From positions 310,001-374,000 of the forward strand of contig LSRY02000007.1 in NCBI GenBank assembly GCA_001643675.2: DNA of 64,000 nt, read 5' to 3'. Source of the stretch: Monocercomonoides exilis PA203. Taxonomy: Eukaryota; Protista; Preaxostyla. The number at the start of each line of letters is the position of its first letter. Within the stretch, counting starts at the first letter, position 1. The translations under genes were made by a program, and so were the position numbers. This document shows, one piece after another, positions 62,501 to 64,000 of this stretch. The notes below the pieces were generated by a model, which saw nothing but the letters and a program-made list of their open reading frames with translations, was not told the origin of the DNA and did not search any database.

Positions 62501-62968
62501 ATTCACAAATTGAAGGAAACTTCCAGTTTTAGCAAATGAGCAGCCTAATTGGTGTTTTCTCATAAAAATAATGCAACTAACCACAGAAACATTTGAAAAG
62601 CTATCCTGAAAAAATGTTGCACCTTCGCGTTTAGAAATAATGCATGCTCCTTCAACAGAGGCTGTGGAGTTGATAGCTCTTATTTTCGTTCGAAAACAGC
62701 TCATTTCGTCCACATCTTGCCCATCCAAATATCCGAGAAGATTTTCCTTTGCATCCTTGCTTTTAAGAAATTGTTGCGTGCGATACAGTTCATATTTTTC
62801 GGTTTCATCGAAATCAAATAACGTTCTCTGTTTCAAAACATCATTCTGGTAATTTGGGAATATGTTCAATTCGCTCGAAGCATTCTCCAGGTTGACGCAA
62901 CTCAACAATTCGATTGTGATCACATAAATCGCATATTTTAATGTAAATAAACAGTAATCATATTTCAT
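56546..62968 (-). CDS. Giant intronless type I surface protein (2140 aa), beta-helix-like ectodomain, short cytoplasmic tail
   Basis: Hydrophobic N-terminus, GGGIY/GGALY/GGAIY repeats, three CGxxxxPC motifs, TM IATIVSVVATAAIVCVGIAILLILL followed by RRKRKKK. Confidence 0.85.
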   Translation of the reverse strand: MKYDYCLFTLKYAIYVITIELLSCVNLENASSELNIFPNYQNDVLKQRTLFDFDETEKYELYRTQQFLKSKDAKENLLGYLDGQDVDEMSCFRTKIRAINSTASVEGACIISKREGATFFQDSFSNVSVVSCIIFMRKHQLGCSFAKTGSFLQFVNISLASQMECIEIDSFISTKSNFPTSNSSVSALISSSSFSHVLISSTFFDLSTIGSILELHSSTFFNISAKPNEKDHKLASHLSSCSSTIDSCLFDHTCGVYDGVIIPSISIGVFSLGNYNSSHISCSRWSNKLYANETLERVELDTSNDKDFSFESCEWDNLKGEEPGQCIFVKAQVHDFITLSVKWCWMKDITSDISSGSAIYAEGNIAATFENTLFQHCKSKKDHDSSPSAGTVHVISSQQPVIKQCFFQNCLSFSDACVIYEHKTFEAHQRKSNFCRSCFHDHQKILKFTNIESLNSSGSEIFGKQSKINEKSKINIDEIEFLCIQSTFLSCASLGMGGGIYLKDAVENAFISECVFSDCRSRCGGALYFVIADTHLLEANRQFVGENPCCVHASYFSINGADDFGSDVYIESESDYDDGLKFFSLCKTSKHNDNSVVQKKLSEPDKNLRLLKSFEVAQRAIVLDSSAQFRVACGSTAQIPCQTINQALEHISPNESVKLLISSDATTFVTSMCTIKFMELEVCGNGGGTMVLHVQNNIIYIDSLFHVTNSSFSIRNLTILYAKEKSNSYRSIFYSSEVHGPSSITMDHVTFKYDEERNVLHNLQESEGSNRKPDIFEEDRGFYIFHLTKDSSLLITDCDFSNIPRGTVSSIVEKYTSPTISVINSVFQNISTYLDFSVFISSTYLNPRSITLRNVTASLITSQSDSGGFMSVSFQEHSGLVVTNCSFKSCTAVNFAGALKCKIFPGSPVIFDNLLFSNNVAKKYCDMILLSKSLLDINFQAIFSFVDQSIDATQIGCFDELNYKNGMSIAELLQIYYNIEIYVSSSRGTDFTRCGTYDLPCRSLTYGWTHLQSPNKLIVIDLALLTQPISLNEGIITSTSKVGIIGKVEVNMKYSDNWKEVINLNGSVSFTKIDFVLCAMTNRTENAVTITKGVTLWKKVTISFSPMKEEESINYKLFNVINGGLMISDVIIKGENSIFSDHLFSLSLETNLLHLNNLIIENVRNKVDLICIFGHMSSESTSKDRSDIKNILISNFSRLISNNLTDSKGFVENGAENLPTGRILQCKGSAQQKLEICNSSFTSFSCTDDYEFCGGCIYWSGKNRDKTVSSVAAEDDKEEEKSSELLFKNCTFSNNKIDSDVYFDKTKGGAIYLEFHSQAFPFIFQEVSMFKNQADKGLDIFFRCPSFTNAEESKKFGINFQHSFWVEQNSIAAESIEDGKIVDYLEFITYRNTEIFVSGLEDSTKKCQNKHISSSSLPSSSLSPDDFSMYAKGRVVNQAVGWDIFYCGKEDSPCHTVNYAITHLISVPFTTKQIEQHKSLHLLSFAPNLRASREENDGKQFTLHIIGMPAVYNFVTWNSLLVDGDTDDACLLLESSKQEASEKETIKQLDETRKDCDKINFHVTIKGMCMLCNTKVKIGSDLPVNCLFFINDESNFSVENCHISSVNEWATMPTVFKIQTGTLLCSLMSIDKVLFGSYSFFIDCSELDDESKVNVRLNLCILSNITVPERNSLIAFSIKGQNISANNENQHIFESSSFSLSKSSSNLNQIPQANSSSSLSPNTSQSAADSSTPLHIPLQFISTNISLSSQMPGNSLFLTANGRSCVEIRGCNFLFMNAPSSAEEAQERTEYAVCQWNCSFISFCDCTAYVRNTTFRTRLAGAIYAENSYLLIDVASLKENSAGLTEFPSVAHNIICHRKGSKKEGKGVIELVSSDGSSANSEFDVQRGENRQLNHYGQHEVKSDEEMPDNFWIESNDCSLLGFPGAVISSLFTPLPENVSKVRNGEGFVVTITGKYLLNCYLAMVLLINQTNGGKATKELIEISSSTELTSNHEKAISAYFPKDAVEQRSGANVYVALKFSDEHALKADAMTIPLCLTEGKEPEKIDLIATIVSVVATAAIVCVGIAILLILLRRKRKKKMTSAERREKQSLLSSINSEFICVTTKRADNKTLTYTIYDYGTTTKSIDIPSDMQDPFFED

Positions 62969-63111
62969 GCATTAAGAAGCTAAAAATAAACTCAAAATAT
63001 TATGAAGAATTGTTAACTTTTTTAATATTGGTTTGATTCACGAATAATTTCAATCGAAGCAGTTCATTTACAGCTCATCAAATTATAAAATAAAATCCAT
63101 TTTGTTGAGAA

Positions 63112-64000
63112 ATGCAATCATCCATCCCATTAGTTATTATTTTTATGTTTCATTTTCGTTGTTTATGTTTTCCTCAAAGATCTATGTTCCTTTTTCATTG
63201 TTAGATTTGGAACTTATATCATATTCATCCTTGTGCAACTATTACCATTTATTTACAAGGCAAGAATTAAAGCTTCTTCAACAGTATCACAGATTGTCTC
63301 ATGAAGCTCGTTTTTTGATTTCAAAATTAATTCTTCGAAAAGGTATTGAAACAAAAGTTTCATTGTTAATTTTGTATTCTCTTATTTTACTTTTGGTTCA
63401 TCCTTGATATTTATTGAAGGACCATGGTTTTTAACAATTACTGATTTAAAGAGGAGATATGTTGATACCCAAGCGCGAAGCCTTAATTCCGATTGCGAAA
63501 ATCTCGAATTTTCTTATGAGGAAACGCAAGAACGGTTATATGATTCGCTAGAGTACAATAATCCAAGAAAAATGGATGAAAAGAATTTTCAGATGTCTCA
63601 GGAAGAAAAGGATCAAACTTTTTGGGTATATATATTCTCCTCTATTTTGCCTTTTTTGTTATGTTTCATTTGCCGCTATTTAGAAAACAATTGTGGAACT
63701 TCAGCATAATAATTTAATTGACATAATTGGATGGGGAAGTGGATCAAAGAATCAGTCTCCATTAGCTTCCGAACAAACTGATTTTTTATTTGAAAAAGAT
63801 GATGTTGAAATTTTGTTAAAAATGCTCAAAGTCGATCAACTTCGAAAAATAACTCAAACATTGGGAAATTCTCCCAAGGGATTGTCTTCAATTCAAAAAG
63901 CTGAATTAATAAAACTAATATTGACTCCACCAAAGCAACAATCAATTCTATCGTTTTTTGGAAAGGTTAAAACAGGAGGCATTGAGGAAATGGAAAAAGA
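63112..64000 (+). CDS. FAN1: Fanconi-associated nuclease 1-like, 5' part (runs off the window end)
   Basis: Spliced product HLFTRQELKLLQQYHRLSHEARFLISKLILRKGPWF, then SAP-like LKMLKVDQLRKITQTLG...QKAELIKLIL, matching the FAN1 N-terminal and SAP region. Three GT-AG introns. Start could alternatively be ATG 63166. Confidence 0.7.

Noticed and set aside
1-64000. CRISPR arrays, rRNA genes, prokaryotic operons
   Set aside because: No spaced direct-repeat array or rRNA motif seen; gene structure is eukaryotic.

Overview
Eukaryotic, AT-rich, intron-containing genomic DNA in the standard genetic code (host genes end in TAA/TAG/TGA; short GT-AG introns of about 43-215 nt). Gene content and the giant beta-helix surface proteins suggest an anaerobic metamonad, probably a Monocercomonoides-like oxymonad (inference). 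Host genes reconstructed by hand-splicing: PHO80-type cyclin (partial), bacterial-type thiol peroxidase Tpx, a low-complexity His-rich protein, Rab32/38-family GTPase, GSK3 kinase, a hidden 4-exon ATG16-like gene, a MYND-finger giant protein, a BCH/pseudo-RhoGAP protein with a ~920-residue charged single alpha-helix, NELF-C/D (TH1), a purine nucleoside phosphorylase with an Asn-to-Asp specificity change, two giant type I surface proteins (one ending in a pseudokinase) and FAN1 (partial). Between about 13.6 and 34.8 kb lies an accessory island. It holds an intron-bearing pogo/Fot-like DD35D transposon (41-bp TIRs, TA TSD), an 8-bp-TSD MITE, a decayed but structurally complete DIRS1-type tyrosine-recombinase retrotransposon (ITRs plus internal complementary region), the receptor pseudokinase, a Merlin-like MITE carrying TTAGGG repeats and a tRNA-derived Pol III unit, and a surface-protein pseudogene. 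All homology calls come from motif recognition, not from database searches.
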